A DNA stretch of 64,000 nucleotides from NCBI GenBank assembly GCA_965219385.1, contig CBDCNM010000002.1:654639-718638 (forward strand), read 5' to 3'. The position numbers and the translations under genes are program-made. This document shows, piece after piece, positions 29,690 to 39,042 of the stretch. Every line of letters begins with the position of its first letter. The stretch's first letter is position 1. Source of the stretch: Candidatus Latescibacterota bacterium (lineage in GTDB: Bacteria; Latescibacterota; UBA2968; UBA8231). Below the pieces are notes generated by a model. The model saw only the letters and a program-made list of their open reading frames with translations, was not told where the DNA came from and did not search any database.

Positions 29690-30621
29690 GAGGCCGTCTG
29701 AAAACCATGTTTATTCTAAGCGAGTCGTTTGAGTAGCAAGTAAATCATGGCGATCTGAATCAACGCTTCGCTGTGGCGGGTCAAGACCTCATAATCTCGG
29801 GCATGTCGGCGAAAATTCATCAACCACGCAAACGTGCGCTCGACGACCCACCGGCGTTTAACTACGGTAAATCCGGAGCCTTGTTTGGCGACGACTTCCA
29901 AGTCTATTTTGTGCGTCTTTTTTTGGTTGGCCACCCACGTTCGGATGGCCTCGCCTTGGTAGCCGCCATCAACCCACAGCTTGCGTAACCGAGCCACGCC
30001 GGCGGCCTTCAAGCGGGTCAACACCTGCTTCAAACCCTCTCGATCCTCGACATCGGCGGCGGTGACCACCACCTGTCGAAGCAAACCCGACGGGTCCACC
30101 AACAGATGCCGTTTGCGGCCTTTGATCTTTTTGCCGGCGTCATAACCGGTTGTTTTACCATGCGTTGCGGTCTTAATCGTCTGACTATCGACTACGCCAG
30201 CCGACGGCATCGCAGCCCGGCCGCTCTGGCGGCGCTCCCTCTTGGTCAGCCGATCCAACACCAGCGGCCAGACCCCTTGCAGGCTCCAGCGACGAAAGTA
30301 ATCATACACCGTTTTCCACGGCCCAAAACAAGCAGGCAACAACGCCCAAGGACACCCCGTCTTGTTCAAATACAAAAGGCCGTTGACAAGCTGGCGTCGA
30401 TCCCGCGGCGGCCGACCCGGACCGTGAAGCCGCCAGCGCGGCGCGGGCAGCAACGGTTCGATCCGCTGCCATTGTGCATCGGTTAGATCGGTGGCATATT
30501 GCATACGCGGTGTACTCATCATACAAGCCTTTCTGTTCAGAGTTTGTGGTGAAACCTGAATATGGCTCGATGAGTACGCCCGTTCAAATGCGGCTACATC
30601 AGAGGGTTTTCAGACGGCTTC
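29690..30621 (-). mobile_element. IS5-family (IS1031-like) insertion sequence; transposase 29716-30522
   Basis: TIRs GAGGCCGTCTGAAAACC / GGTTTTCAGACGGCTTC; 'YATDLTDAQW', 'GYDAGKKIKGRKRH', 'DGGY', 'RWVVERTFAW'. Confidence 0.92.
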
Positions 30622-31216
30622 TAAGGCGGAAATCGGCCGAAGTGAAGTCCTCTGTTAGACTGCCTCCGATCATTGGCTTTTGGCCCCCAGGGCTCTACTT
30701 ACCGGCACGATTCCCGGCATCCAGCATCCGCCCTGAATACATGATCTTTGCGGCCCTTCATGGTCCATCCACCTGTTGCGCGTCAGCACCCTTTCGGGTT
30801 GGGTATTACCCTATCTGGCGGGTTATGATTTCCCCGTGCCTTTCGGCAGCCAGCCTTCGCTTCTCGCAACATCCTATATCCACTGAGGAATTAGCCCTTC
30901 CTTACGGTCGGGTTACTGTGTTGGTTGCCCCGCTCAGACCTCATTGGAGTTTCGCTTTTCCGCATAAGTGAGATACAACCGGGTTAGGAGCCTACTCTAC
31001 GCCGGAGTCTGTGGTGTGCGCGTGGGGACTAAGGAACTTCCCCAGTCACTTCCGCGACTTAGGGCCGGAATAACGACCCTTTTCACATTTGACTCATTAC
31101 TACCGTATCATCCACATTTCGATAGCTAACAATTACGACGCTTACATAGATTCACTTTCGTTCTCCATACCGGTTTTTGCCTTGCCTTGTGTCGATTCGT
31201 GGCTATCTTCACATTA

Positions 31217-32170
31217 GGCTGTGTACGATAATTGCTTGAAATAGTATTGGGACGTGGTATACTCTCTTTCAACCATTGAATCGAAGGAGGGGATACCGAT
31301 GGCCCGCTACGACTTAACCGATGAAGAATTTGCCCTGCTAAAGCCGTTGTTACCTGCCGAACGGTCGGGCAAACCGGGCTGCCCTTATCGGAGTCATCGC
31401 CAAGTGCTCAACGGCATTTTCTGGATTTTACGCACCGGCGCGCCTTGGCGCGATTTGCCCCCCCGGTACGGCCCTTGGAGCACGGGGGCCGACCGGTTTC
31501 GTCGTTGGGAACAAAAAGGCTTATGGCAACAGATCCTGGATGCGTTAGAAGCCCAAGCGCGCCATATGGATCAGATCGATTTTACGTTCGCCGCCCTCGA
31601 TGGGAGCATCGTTCGGGCGCATAAAGCAGCCGCCGGGGCAAAAAAAACATAAATGGTGTTTCCATAAGCCGTGAAGAAAGCCTTCAAAAACAGGGGCTTG
31701 GGCAAAGCCGTGGCGGCTATACCACCAAAATTCATGTCCTTTGTGAAGGGGCGGGCAAGCCCATCACGGTTACCATAACCCCGGGTCAGCAGCATGAATC
31801 CACCCAGGTAGACGCCTTGCTCGATTCAGTGGCCATTGGAGGCAAACCCGGTCCCAAGCGCACCCGGTTTGAAGCCCTGGCCGGTGATAAAGCCTATGAT
31901 AGTCAATCCATCCGCGAGAAACTGCGCCAACGGCGAACCAAGCCCGTGATCGCCCATCGAAAAAATCGGCAGGGGGAGTATCCCCCTGAGGCCATCGGAT
32001 TCGACAAGGACTTATATCGGCAGCGCAATGTGGTGGAACGACTCATCGGACGGCTCAAAGAAAACCGACGCATTGCCACCCGATATGAAAAACACGCCGA
32101 CAGGTATCAGGCGATGATCATACTCGCTTTCATCCGTATTTGGCTCAAAAACCTTTTATCGTACACAGCC
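31217..32170 (+). mobile_element. IS5-family (IS427-like) insertion sequence with frameshifted two-ORF transposase
   Basis: TIRs GGCTGTGTACGATAA / TTATCGTACACAGCC; TA duplication; A-run slippery site at about 31640; 'GAPWRDLP', 'DKAYDS', 'RNVVER','RRIATRYEK'. Confidence 0.92.
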
Positions 32171-32469
32171 TAGGCTTTTCGCCTCTGCTTCCCACCTTCC
32201 TGTTACCGGGAACGCAGGTGAGGCTGGCAATTAACCTGCACACTGATTAAGAAATCCATTTCTGGATTTCACTCAACTTAAGCGATTGAAGCTCGCACTA
32301 TTCCTTTACCTATGCAGTCCTCAATAAGTCGAGGCGGGTTCCGCCATGCGGACTTGTGGCTTCCCGTAATAGATATATAGAGAGAGGCTCGCTATCGGGC
32401 CTTAGTAGATTGGGCTGAACTCTATATCGTATGCTTTTCCGAACCCTCGTAGGCTTCGAATAGCGGCTT

Positions 32470-32600
32470 TTTGCAACCAGTGGTTGCACTTTTGGCAGAT
32501 CGCGGTAGAGCAGGTAAAATTCCCGCATGTAGAACGCGTTGCTGCGCCGGGAGAACCCACCGAGGCCGGGAAACTCGATGCGGAGCTCACGAGCCAATGC
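32470..32600 (-). pseudogene. DUF1016/YhcG N-terminal fragment
   Basis: 'ARELRIEFPGLGGFSRRSN..YMREFY...VQPLVA' matches the DUF1016 N-terminal signature; flanks decayed. Confidence 0.6.
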
Positions 32601-32688
32601 TTCACGCAGCTTGGCTGCAAGCCGTGCTTGGGCTCAATCCTCGACCAGCGACGATTTCGCCTCCATTCGCTCGCAGCAGGGCTCTTCC

Positions 32689-33000
32689 TTATTCCTGATC
32701 CAGAAAATCCGTCGGCCTCAAAATCGGAATATGGTGAAATGGCGACATCACCTGAAGATCCTGGTCGCCCGTGACGATGCTATCCGCTTCTCCCATGAGC
32801 GCCGTCTCGAGCAGCTTGTCGTCTTCCAGATCCCGACATCCCAGCCTGGCGCCCACGATCGACACCCATTCCGAGACGGCCTTGAGCTGGGCGGGATACA
32901 CCGACCGGCCATCACGGCTGACATACTTGTCGAATTTTGAATGATAGAGCCGGGTCCGCAGCTCATCGAAGGTCTCGTCGGAAAACAGATCTTGACCCAA
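32689..33000 (-). pseudogene. PIN-family toxin fragment (N-terminally truncated)
   Basis: 'CRD.EDDKLLE.A..GEAD.IVTGDQDL','ILRP.DFL'; N-terminal DTN motif missing. Confidence 0.7.
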
Positions 33001-33087
33001 CTACCGGTGACACCGTTATTCTTCCTATCCACACTGTCTCCCTGCAAAGCGACACCAACAACTCCCCTTCTTGGAACGGAGCGAGAA

Positions 33088-34233
33088 TTGATCGTCGACA
33101 GCAAAGAACTGCTGGATTCAGGCTACCTCATCGTTCCTGAGTGCGTCCCGCTAAATCGACTGGAGTCGATGCGGACACACTGCGAGCAGATGCTGGAGCG
33201 GCACAAGAGGTGGTGGGCAGAACAACGCTCCCCGGACCAACCGCCGGGCGGCGAGTGGGAGGTCGGCAAACAGCCACGCGTCATGTTCCACAGGGTGGTC
33301 AACCGCCGGGCCCACGAGTCGGTTGAGTTCCTGTTTCACGAGAACACCTACGGCATCAGCAAACAGATCATGCAGACCGAAGACGTGGTACCAACACAGT
33401 TCGGCATGTTCTGCAACCCGCGCACCGACCACGGGCCGTCAGACTGGCATCGCGACATCAGCCCGCCGCTGCACGGTCCGGTCGAAGCCTACTACACCGA
33501 CTTCCTCAGCAACCCCCCGTGTTACACCCAATGGAACATCGCCCTGTACGACGACGCCGTCTTCTGGCTGGTTCCGGGAAGCCATCGCCGCTTCAACACG
33601 GAAGCCGAAAACCGGCAGTTATCCATCAGCGAGCGCGAGCCCATCGACGGTGGTATTCCGATCGAACTCAGGGCCGGTGACGGAATCGTCTACCTCACCC
33701 CGATCCTGCATTGGGGCAGCAACTACAGCACGAAATTGAGACGGACCATCCAGTTTGCGTACCGCGCCTTCAACAACGGCAGCCTCACCGGAGCCTACGC
33801 GGTTCACTGGACGCCGAATCTCGTCGATATTCTGCCAGAACACCTGGCATCCCGGTTCCGACGTTTCGGCGAGTTGCTGGCCAATGAACACGACACCATG
33901 GAGCGTATGTTCCGGGCGATGATAGTCAGAGACGACCAGACATTTACCGAGGGGCTTGCCGAACTCCATTCGGGTGAAGTGGGCAAGATGTCCTGCGTGG
34001 TGCAGCTGTCCAAGGTGGCGAAAGGCCCGGTTCTCCGCACCCAGGGCCCGATCGGCGGCCGCTTTACCCGGGAAGAAGCGGACCTTCTGTGGCAGCGTTT
34101 CGCCGAGTTCGACCGTCTCCTTCAGGTGGACGAGCCGCATCTCATCCCCGGTTTCCAGTGCAAGGAGCCTACCACCTACCGCTTTGAGGAAATGCCGGCG
34201 ATGGACGTCGACGAGTTCATCTCAAGCTGGTAA
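33088..34233 (+). CDS. Phytanoyl-CoA dioxygenase family protein
   Basis: 'LLDSGY', 'WHRD', 'QWNIAL', 'VPGSH', 'ILHWGSNY...RRT'; probable TTG start after GGAG. Confidence 0.82.
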   Translation: MIVDSKELLDSGYLIVPECVPLNRLESMRTHCEQMLERHKRWWAEQRSPDQPPGGEWEVGKQPRVMFHRVVNRRAHESVEFLFHENTYGISKQIMQTEDVVPTQFGMFCNPRTDHGPSDWHRDISPPLHGPVEAYYTDFLSNPPCYTQWNIALYDDAVFWLVPGSHRRFNTEAENRQLSISEREPIDGGIPIELRAGDGIVYLTPILHWGSNYSTKLRRTIQFAYRAFNNGSLTGAYAVHWTPNLVDILPEHLASRFRRFGELLANEHDTMERMFRAMIVRDDQTFTEGLAELHSGEVGKMSCVVQLSKVAKGPVLRTQGPIGGRFTREEADLLWQRFAEFDRLLQVDEPHLIPGFQCKEPTTYRFEEMPAMDVDEFISSW

Positions 34234-34498
34234 AAGAGCCGGCCTGCTCGTGCCCATCACCTTCCCGGATGATCTTCAAGCTTGGCAGACGGTGGCGGTC
34301 TGCATGGCCGCGAGCAAGTCGGCCGGGCTCATCAGAACACCCAGAAATTGGAAGACGCCGCATCAATGTGATTCGTCGGGGCACCGACCTGCGTCGGCGA
34401 TGGTGGACCGGGACGTGGTGGTGGTTCACTCGGTGACTGGATGCATCTGCGCACGGTACCACACTGGGGTGGCGCAAGTGGTTGAAAAAAACAGATAT

Positions 34499-34581
34499 GA
34501 CAAACCTCCGAGGGGGCAGCCTTCGGGGGCTGGCGTTAAACAACAAACCGCCAAAATTCGCGGCTGGTATTTTGGTGCACC
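34499..34581. repeat. att-like junction copying the tRNA-Lys 3' end and its downstream hairpins
   Basis: Ungapped about 80% match to 36451-36533, ending in TTTGGTGC(A/G)CC. Confidence 0.75.
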
Positions 34582-34636
34582 GCGTGAACCTTTTACCCTC
34601 GAACATCGCCCTGTTAGATGAAGCGAGATCAATCTG

Positions 34637-36058
34637 ATGGAATTCCTCAGTGATCAAATCCTGGCCCAGCAGATCCAGGCCGGCGACGAGCAAGCCTTCG
34701 GGGCACTGATCCGGCGCTACGAGCGTTCGCTGGCCGCTTTGATCCGGGATCGGCTGGGGTCGGCGGACGCGGTCGAAGACGTGCTGCAGGAGACCCTCGT
34801 GCACGCTTGGTCGGGGCTGCGCGTTCAAGGGCCCAGAAATGTGCGCGCGTGGCTCTACCAGGTGGCGCGCAATCGCTGCAGCGACTACCTGCGCTCTACG
34901 CAACGTCGGGAGTGCTTTGTCGAGGCCGAGGCACTCGCGATGATGGCAAATCGCTTCCGAGTGGCAGAGGCCCATCAGCGCCGGGCAGCGGAGGACGTGG
35001 TCGAAGCGTTCGAGCAGGTGCCTGAGAAGGAACGAGAAGCATTGAGGTCGTTTTACCTGGACGGTTTGAGCATAGCGGAAATAGCCGCCCGGCATCGTTG
35101 TCCGCCTGGGACCGTCAAGCGGCGACTGTCCCACGGCCGCGACATGGTCCGGAGCGAACTGGGCATCACCAAGACTAGAAGGAGAACTACCATGAGTGCT
35201 GACAGCAAGAAAACCAGGAAGAGGTCGTTTCCCGAATACCGACCCGAGGTCTCCATCACGAAACGTCCAGGAAAATCTTTCTCCATCGATCTTCGGGAGC
35301 TGTCATGGTGGTTCATCGTTCCCGAAATCGGTGATGAAGTGCGGTGTGCCTACTACGATCCAACCCGCGATAGCTCCGCGTGGAAGTTGACCGAGGTCAT
35401 GGCGATGGCCGCCCGCCGGCGCGCCATCATTCACGGACGGGAGTGCGTGGAGATCGAGATTGAGGAACAACGATATCGGGACCGGGAAGGACTCCTTCCC
35501 CTCAACTATGAGCCAGAGGAGGAGGATCGCCATACCAAAGTCTGGGGCCGACTGGCAGAGACGGAGGTGCAGTGGCTGGCCGTCGAGAGCATGAAGTCCG
35601 ACGGCACCAGAGAGCTGCTGACCTGTCTCGACGAAGACTTTGGATGGAATTTCGGGATGTCTCCTCGCCTTGTCGAAGACAAGGGCTACCTGATCGAGCG
35701 GCCGGGCGGGATGTTTGCGAAGAAAGCGGACGTTCCGCAGGTGTTTGCGCATGGCCTGTCCACGGTGCGCATCGGCGAACGGGAATTCGAATGCATGCGC
35801 GTCTTCGACATCGGAGAGGGCGCATCCGAGCGGGAGGTGATGGTCCTGGCGTACATCACCCGATGGGGCCGCACCGTCCTGTTCCGGCGCTACAACGGCA
35901 ACCGCTATAACAAGCGGGACGAGCCGCCCCACGTTCAGGGCGTGGAGATGACCTGGGAAGAGGATCTACCCCACGCCGACCGGCTCGTGATCGATGGCGT
36001 GACCTATGTGCACCATTACGACGGTCTTACGGATGAGGCCTGCGGAATCAGGGAGTAA
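34637..36058 (+). CDS. ECF sigma-70 factor with about 290-aa C-terminal extension
   Basis: 'GDEQAFGALIRRY', 'EDVLQET', 'WLYQVARN', 'LSIAEIA...GTVKRRLSHGR'. Confidence 0.88.
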   Translation: MEFLSDQILAQQIQAGDEQAFGALIRRYERSLAALIRDRLGSADAVEDVLQETLVHAWSGLRVQGPRNVRAWLYQVARNRCSDYLRSTQRRECFVEAEALAMMANRFRVAEAHQRRAAEDVVEAFEQVPEKEREALRSFYLDGLSIAEIAARHRCPPGTVKRRLSHGRDMVRSELGITKTRRRTTMSADSKKTRKRSFPEYRPEVSITKRPGKSFSIDLRELSWWFIVPEIGDEVRCAYYDPTRDSSAWKLTEVMAMAARRRAIIHGRECVEIEIEEQRYRDREGLLPLNYEPEEEDRHTKVWGRLAETEVQWLAVESMKSDGTRELLTCLDEDFGWNFGMSPRLVEDKGYLIERPGGMFAKKADVPQVFAHGLSTVRIGEREFECMRVFDIGEGASEREVMVLAYITRWGRTVLFRRYNGNRYNKRDEPPHVQGVEMTWEEDLPHADRLVIDGVTYVHHYDGLTDEACGIRE

Positions 36059-36097
36059 AAGGCTGGCCCAGGAACTGGTCGGCACCGACGGCACGTA

Positions 36098-36178
36098 CAG
36101 TTCGCCGGCGCTGCCATCATCGTTTCGCACGACCGCCTTTTTCTCGATCGCGTCACCAATAGAACCCTGCGCACGTAA
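36098..36178 (+). pseudogene. ABC-F ATPase C-terminal remnant
   Basis: Translates QFAGAAIIVSHDRLFLDRVTNRTLRT*, the SHDR H-loop motif. Confidence 0.6.
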
Positions 36179-36193
36179 CGGGGGGACACGAAG

Positions 36194-36215
36194 GCGGTTG
36201 GTAATTTGGTGCGCC
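36194..36215. repeat. Short att-like junction
   Basis: GCGGTTGGTAATTTGGTGCGCC matches 19 of 22 nt of the tRNA 3'-end junction. Confidence 0.6.
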
Positions 36216-36524
36216 GTGCGCAACCCTCTTCACAACCACTCACCGTCAGGTCCCGGAGAAGTAACCCCTTGTAACTGAACGAGTTATCAAAATCCGTGGC
36301 ATCCCGCAGAAGCGGAAGCGATGTTGAGATCGATTTCCGCTGCCGGTTCGTTGAGTCCGAGGGCGGCGAGGATGGGCGGCTCTTGCCCAGGTTCCCGAGG
36401 GTGTGCCCGTCAGTAGAATGACCTTAAGTATTTGAAAACACGCCACTTACGACAAACCCCCGAGGGGACCGTCCTCGGGGGCTCGCGTCGACCAACCAAC
36501 CGCCAAAGTTAGCGGTTGGAGGTT

Positions 36525-36600
36525 TGGTGCGCCCACTAGGACTCGAACCTAGGACCCGCTGATTAAGAGTCAGCCGCTCTACCAGCTGAGCTATAGGCGC
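36525..36600 (-). tRNA. tRNA-Lys(CTT)
   Basis: GCGCCTATAGCTCAGCTGGTAGAGCGGCTGACTCTTAATCAGCGGGTCCTAGGTTCGAGTCCTAGTGGGCGCACCA; 76 nt with encoded CCA. Confidence 0.97.
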
Positions 36601-36627
36601 CAATGCCGCTCTAAAAAAACTGGTGGG

Positions 36628-36656
36628 AAAATAGCGGCATACCCGTATATTGTCAA
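36628..36656 (-). promoter_or_regulatory. Sigma70 promoter for tRNA-Lys
   Basis: TTGACA-17 bp-TATTTT. Confidence 0.7.
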
Positions 36657-36722
36657 GAGGTGCAAGGCTTTACAGACGGAAAAATACTTCCGGGCCGGCG
36701 CTGGCTCAGCTTCTCTAAACCC

Positions 36723-36751
36723 TTGACAATTCTGGCCCTGTGATGTAAAAT
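36723..36751 (+). promoter_or_regulatory. Sigma70 promoter for the TPR-efp-acc operon
   Basis: TTGACA-17 bp-TAAAAT. Confidence 0.75.
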
Positions 36752-36792
36752 AGGCGCTCAATAAGGGAATCTTCGATAACCGCGTAAGGACC

Positions 36793-37959
36793 ATGTTCGG
36801 CAAAGTCGCAAAACTGGAAAAGGCCTACAGCCAGAATCCCGATGCACCCCTCTTTGCCCGTCTGGCCGATCTGTATCTGCACCGGGGCATGGTGTACCGG
36901 GCCCTGTCCCTCTGCGAGGAAGGTTGCGAGCGCTTTCCAGACTACACCACCGGCCATATGATCCTGAGCAAGTGTTACGAAGCCCAGGATAAAATGGAAG
37001 AAGCCCGTATGACCCTGGCTCGAGCCCTGCGTCTGGACCCGGTAAATCCAGGCGGTTTTGTGCGCCTGTCCAGGATCTACCAGGAACTGGGAACACCGGC
37101 CCTGGCGCTCGAGAGCCTGCGGCAAGCCGCCCGTCTCGATCCATTCAATGAAGACCTGAGCGAACAGGTGGAAGAGCTGCTCGGTGAAGAGGCCGAGGAG
37201 ATGGAGCAGGCCGATGTCCAGGAGCCCCCGGTTACAGCGGAGGAAGTCGCCGCGGCAAGCGAGGGCCGGCCGGCCGAGGCCATGGTGGCAGAACCGGAGA
37301 GTTACGAGACCGCGAGCTCGGCGCTAGACGCCGGGCTTGAAGAGCTTGAGTCCCCCCCGGACGAGGACTTTGACCAGACCCAACCGTTGCCAGAGCGGGA
37401 AGAGCAGAAAGCGGAACAACCTCAGGCGGAACAACCTCAGGAGGCCAGCCAGACCGAACCGGATGACGGCCTGACAGCAGACCGTCTCGAAGAATCGGAG
37501 GCCGCGGATTATTCCGCCCCTGACGACGTGTCCTTTTCCGAGGAAGAAAAGCGCGGAGAGCCCCTTCCCGACCAGGAGGACCAGGCGGAACAACCGCCTG
37601 GTCCGGAGGAAACCCCGGTCGCCGCCCCCGAAGAGGAGAGCCTGGCCGAACACCAGCGGCAGGAGCGCACTTCGCCCTCTGGTCTGCCTCTGCGCAACGA
37701 CGCCGAACTGATCAATCTCTTCCAGGAGATAGAAACCCAGCAAAGGCAGAATCCGTCTCCTGCTATGTCCCCTTCTTCAGATTCGCCCCTGGAAGAACTG
37801 GATGGACAGATCGCCACCGAAACCCTGGCGGAGATATACTCCAGCCAGGGACTTGTCCAGCGCGCTATAGAGACCTATAAGCAGATACTGGAACAGCAGC
37901 CTGAGAATGAAGAAATAAGACACAAGCTGACCTACCTTGAACAGCACATGGAAAAGTAA
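36793..37959 (+). CDS. Tetratricopeptide repeat protein with acidic linker
   Basis: N-terminal TPRs, E/P-rich linker with an AEQPQ duplication, C-terminal 'TETLAEIY..QG...AI..Y'. Confidence 0.85.
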   Translation: MFGKVAKLEKAYSQNPDAPLFARLADLYLHRGMVYRALSLCEEGCERFPDYTTGHMILSKCYEAQDKMEEARMTLARALRLDPVNPGGFVRLSRIYQELGTPALALESLRQAARLDPFNEDLSEQVEELLGEEAEEMEQADVQEPPVTAEEVAAASEGRPAEAMVAEPESYETASSALDAGLEELESPPDEDFDQTQPLPEREEQKAEQPQAEQPQEASQTEPDDGLTADRLEESEAADYSAPDDVSFSEEEKRGEPLPDQEDQAEQPPGPEETPVAAPEEESLAEHQRQERTSPSGLPLRNDAELINLFQEIETQQRQNPSPAMSPSSDSPLEELDGQIATETLAEIYSSQGLVQRAIETYKQILEQQPENEEIRHKLTYLEQHMEK

Positions 37960-37982
37960 ACAAAAGGAGCATCTCGTCGCAC

Positions 37983-38540
37983 ATGGCTGATACAACTGAT
38001 TTCAGAAACGGGTTTACCATGGCAATTGACGGCACCCTTTTCTCGATTGCGGAGTTCCAGCACGTAAAGCCCGGCAAAGGAGGTGCCTTCGTCCGCACCA
38101 AGCTTAAAAACGTACAGACAGGGGCCATAATCGAGCGCACCTTCCGCTCCGGCGACAAGGTAGAAGAGGTAAGGCTCGAAAAACGGGAGATGCAGTATCT
38201 GTACTCCGACGGGGCTATCTACCACTTCATGGACCTGGAGACCTATGATCAATTAGGTATTTCCAGAGAGGTCCTGGGAGAAGCCGCCAACTTCCTCAAG
38301 GAGAACGAGAACGCCTTCATGCTGATGACCGGAAATACGCCCATCTCGGCCGAACTGCCCAATTTTGTCAATCTGCAAATCGCCCACACCGAGCCGGGTG
38401 TGAAGGGAGATACCGCGACAGGAGCGGTCAAACCAGCTACCCTGGAGACCGGCGCTGTGGTCATGGTGCCGCTATTCGTCAATCAGGGAGAGACCTTGAA
38501 GATCGATACCCGCACAGGCGAATACGTAGAACGGGTCTGA
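37983..38540 (+). CDS. efp: Elongation factor P
   Basis: 'HVKPGKGGAFVRTKLKN', 'GVKGDTA', 'KPATLETG', 'DTRTGEY'. Confidence 0.98.
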   Translation: MADTTDFRNGFTMAIDGTLFSIAEFQHVKPGKGGAFVRTKLKNVQTGAIIERTFRSGDKVEEVRLEKREMQYLYSDGAIYHFMDLETYDQLGISREVLGEAANFLKENENAFMLMTGNTPISAELPNFVNLQIAHTEPGVKGDTATGAVKPATLETGAVVMVPLFVNQGETLKIDTRTGEYVERV

Positions 38541-38553
38541 TAACGGAGCCAGC

Positions 38554-39030
38554 GTGAAGGAAAATAAACTCAGAAAGCTGATCCAGCTATTCAAAGAAAG
38601 CCAGCTCGAAGAGCTGGAGATCCAGCACAGTTTCTGGCGCGGTACCAGGGTGAAACTCAGACGGCAACATCCCCATCCTCCAGCCTACCAGCCCGTTGAT
38701 ACAGCCCCCAGTCCCCGGACCGAACCCGCTATTTCCGCAGCGCCGGAGGAAGCCCCGCCAGACTCCCCCGGCGAGGATGCGGGAGAGGGATTGCACGACG
38801 TAACCTCGCCTATGGTCGGCACTTTTTACCCGGCGGCTTCACCGGATGACGATCCCTTTGTGCGCCAGGGAGACCAGGTCGAGCCCGGGCAGACCGTCTG
38901 CATCGTAGAAGCCATGAAGATCATGAATGAGATCGAGGCCGACGTAGAAGGAGAGGTTGTCGAGATACTGGTCGGCGAGGCCGAACCGGTTGAATACAAT
39001 CAGCCACTGATGCGCATACGCCCCTCTTGA
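38554..39030 (+). CDS. accB: Acetyl-CoA carboxylase biotin carboxyl carrier protein
   Basis: 'SPMVGTFY', 'EAMKIMNEIEA'. Confidence 0.96.
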   Translation: MKENKLRKLIQLFKESQLEELEIQHSFWRGTRVKLRRQHPHPPAYQPVDTAPSPRTEPAISAAPEEAPPDSPGEDAGEGLHDVTSPMVGTFYPAASPDDDPFVRQGDQVEPGQTVCIVEAMKIMNEIEADVEGEVVEILVGEAEPVEYNQPLMRIRPS

Positions 39031-39042
39031 CCGGGATACGCC

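Larger units (their letters stand above)
28141..32298 (-). mobile_element. ORF-less group II intron (IIB-like, about 815 nt without insertions), interrupted by three ISs
   Basis: 5' GTGCG at 32298; DV GAGCCGTGTGCGGTGAAAGTCGCGCACGGTTC at 28182-28213; DVI ending CTACCCGAC at 28141; EBS1 TATTCC (31067-31072) in a stem-loop complementary to 5' exon GGAATA. Confidence 0.88.

Noticed and set aside
28141..32298. Active autonomous group II intron or functional IStron
   Set aside because: No RT/maturase ORF, an IS inside DI, and the DV bulge is missing.
34480..36530. CRISPR array or integron attC sites
   Set aside because: There is no regular repeat-spacer periodicity, no attC RYYYAAC/GTTRRRY boxes and no intI; the repeats copy the tRNA 3' end instead.
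37411..37440. 15-bp tandem repeat as a contingency locus
   Set aside because: Only two in-frame copies, in a disordered linker.
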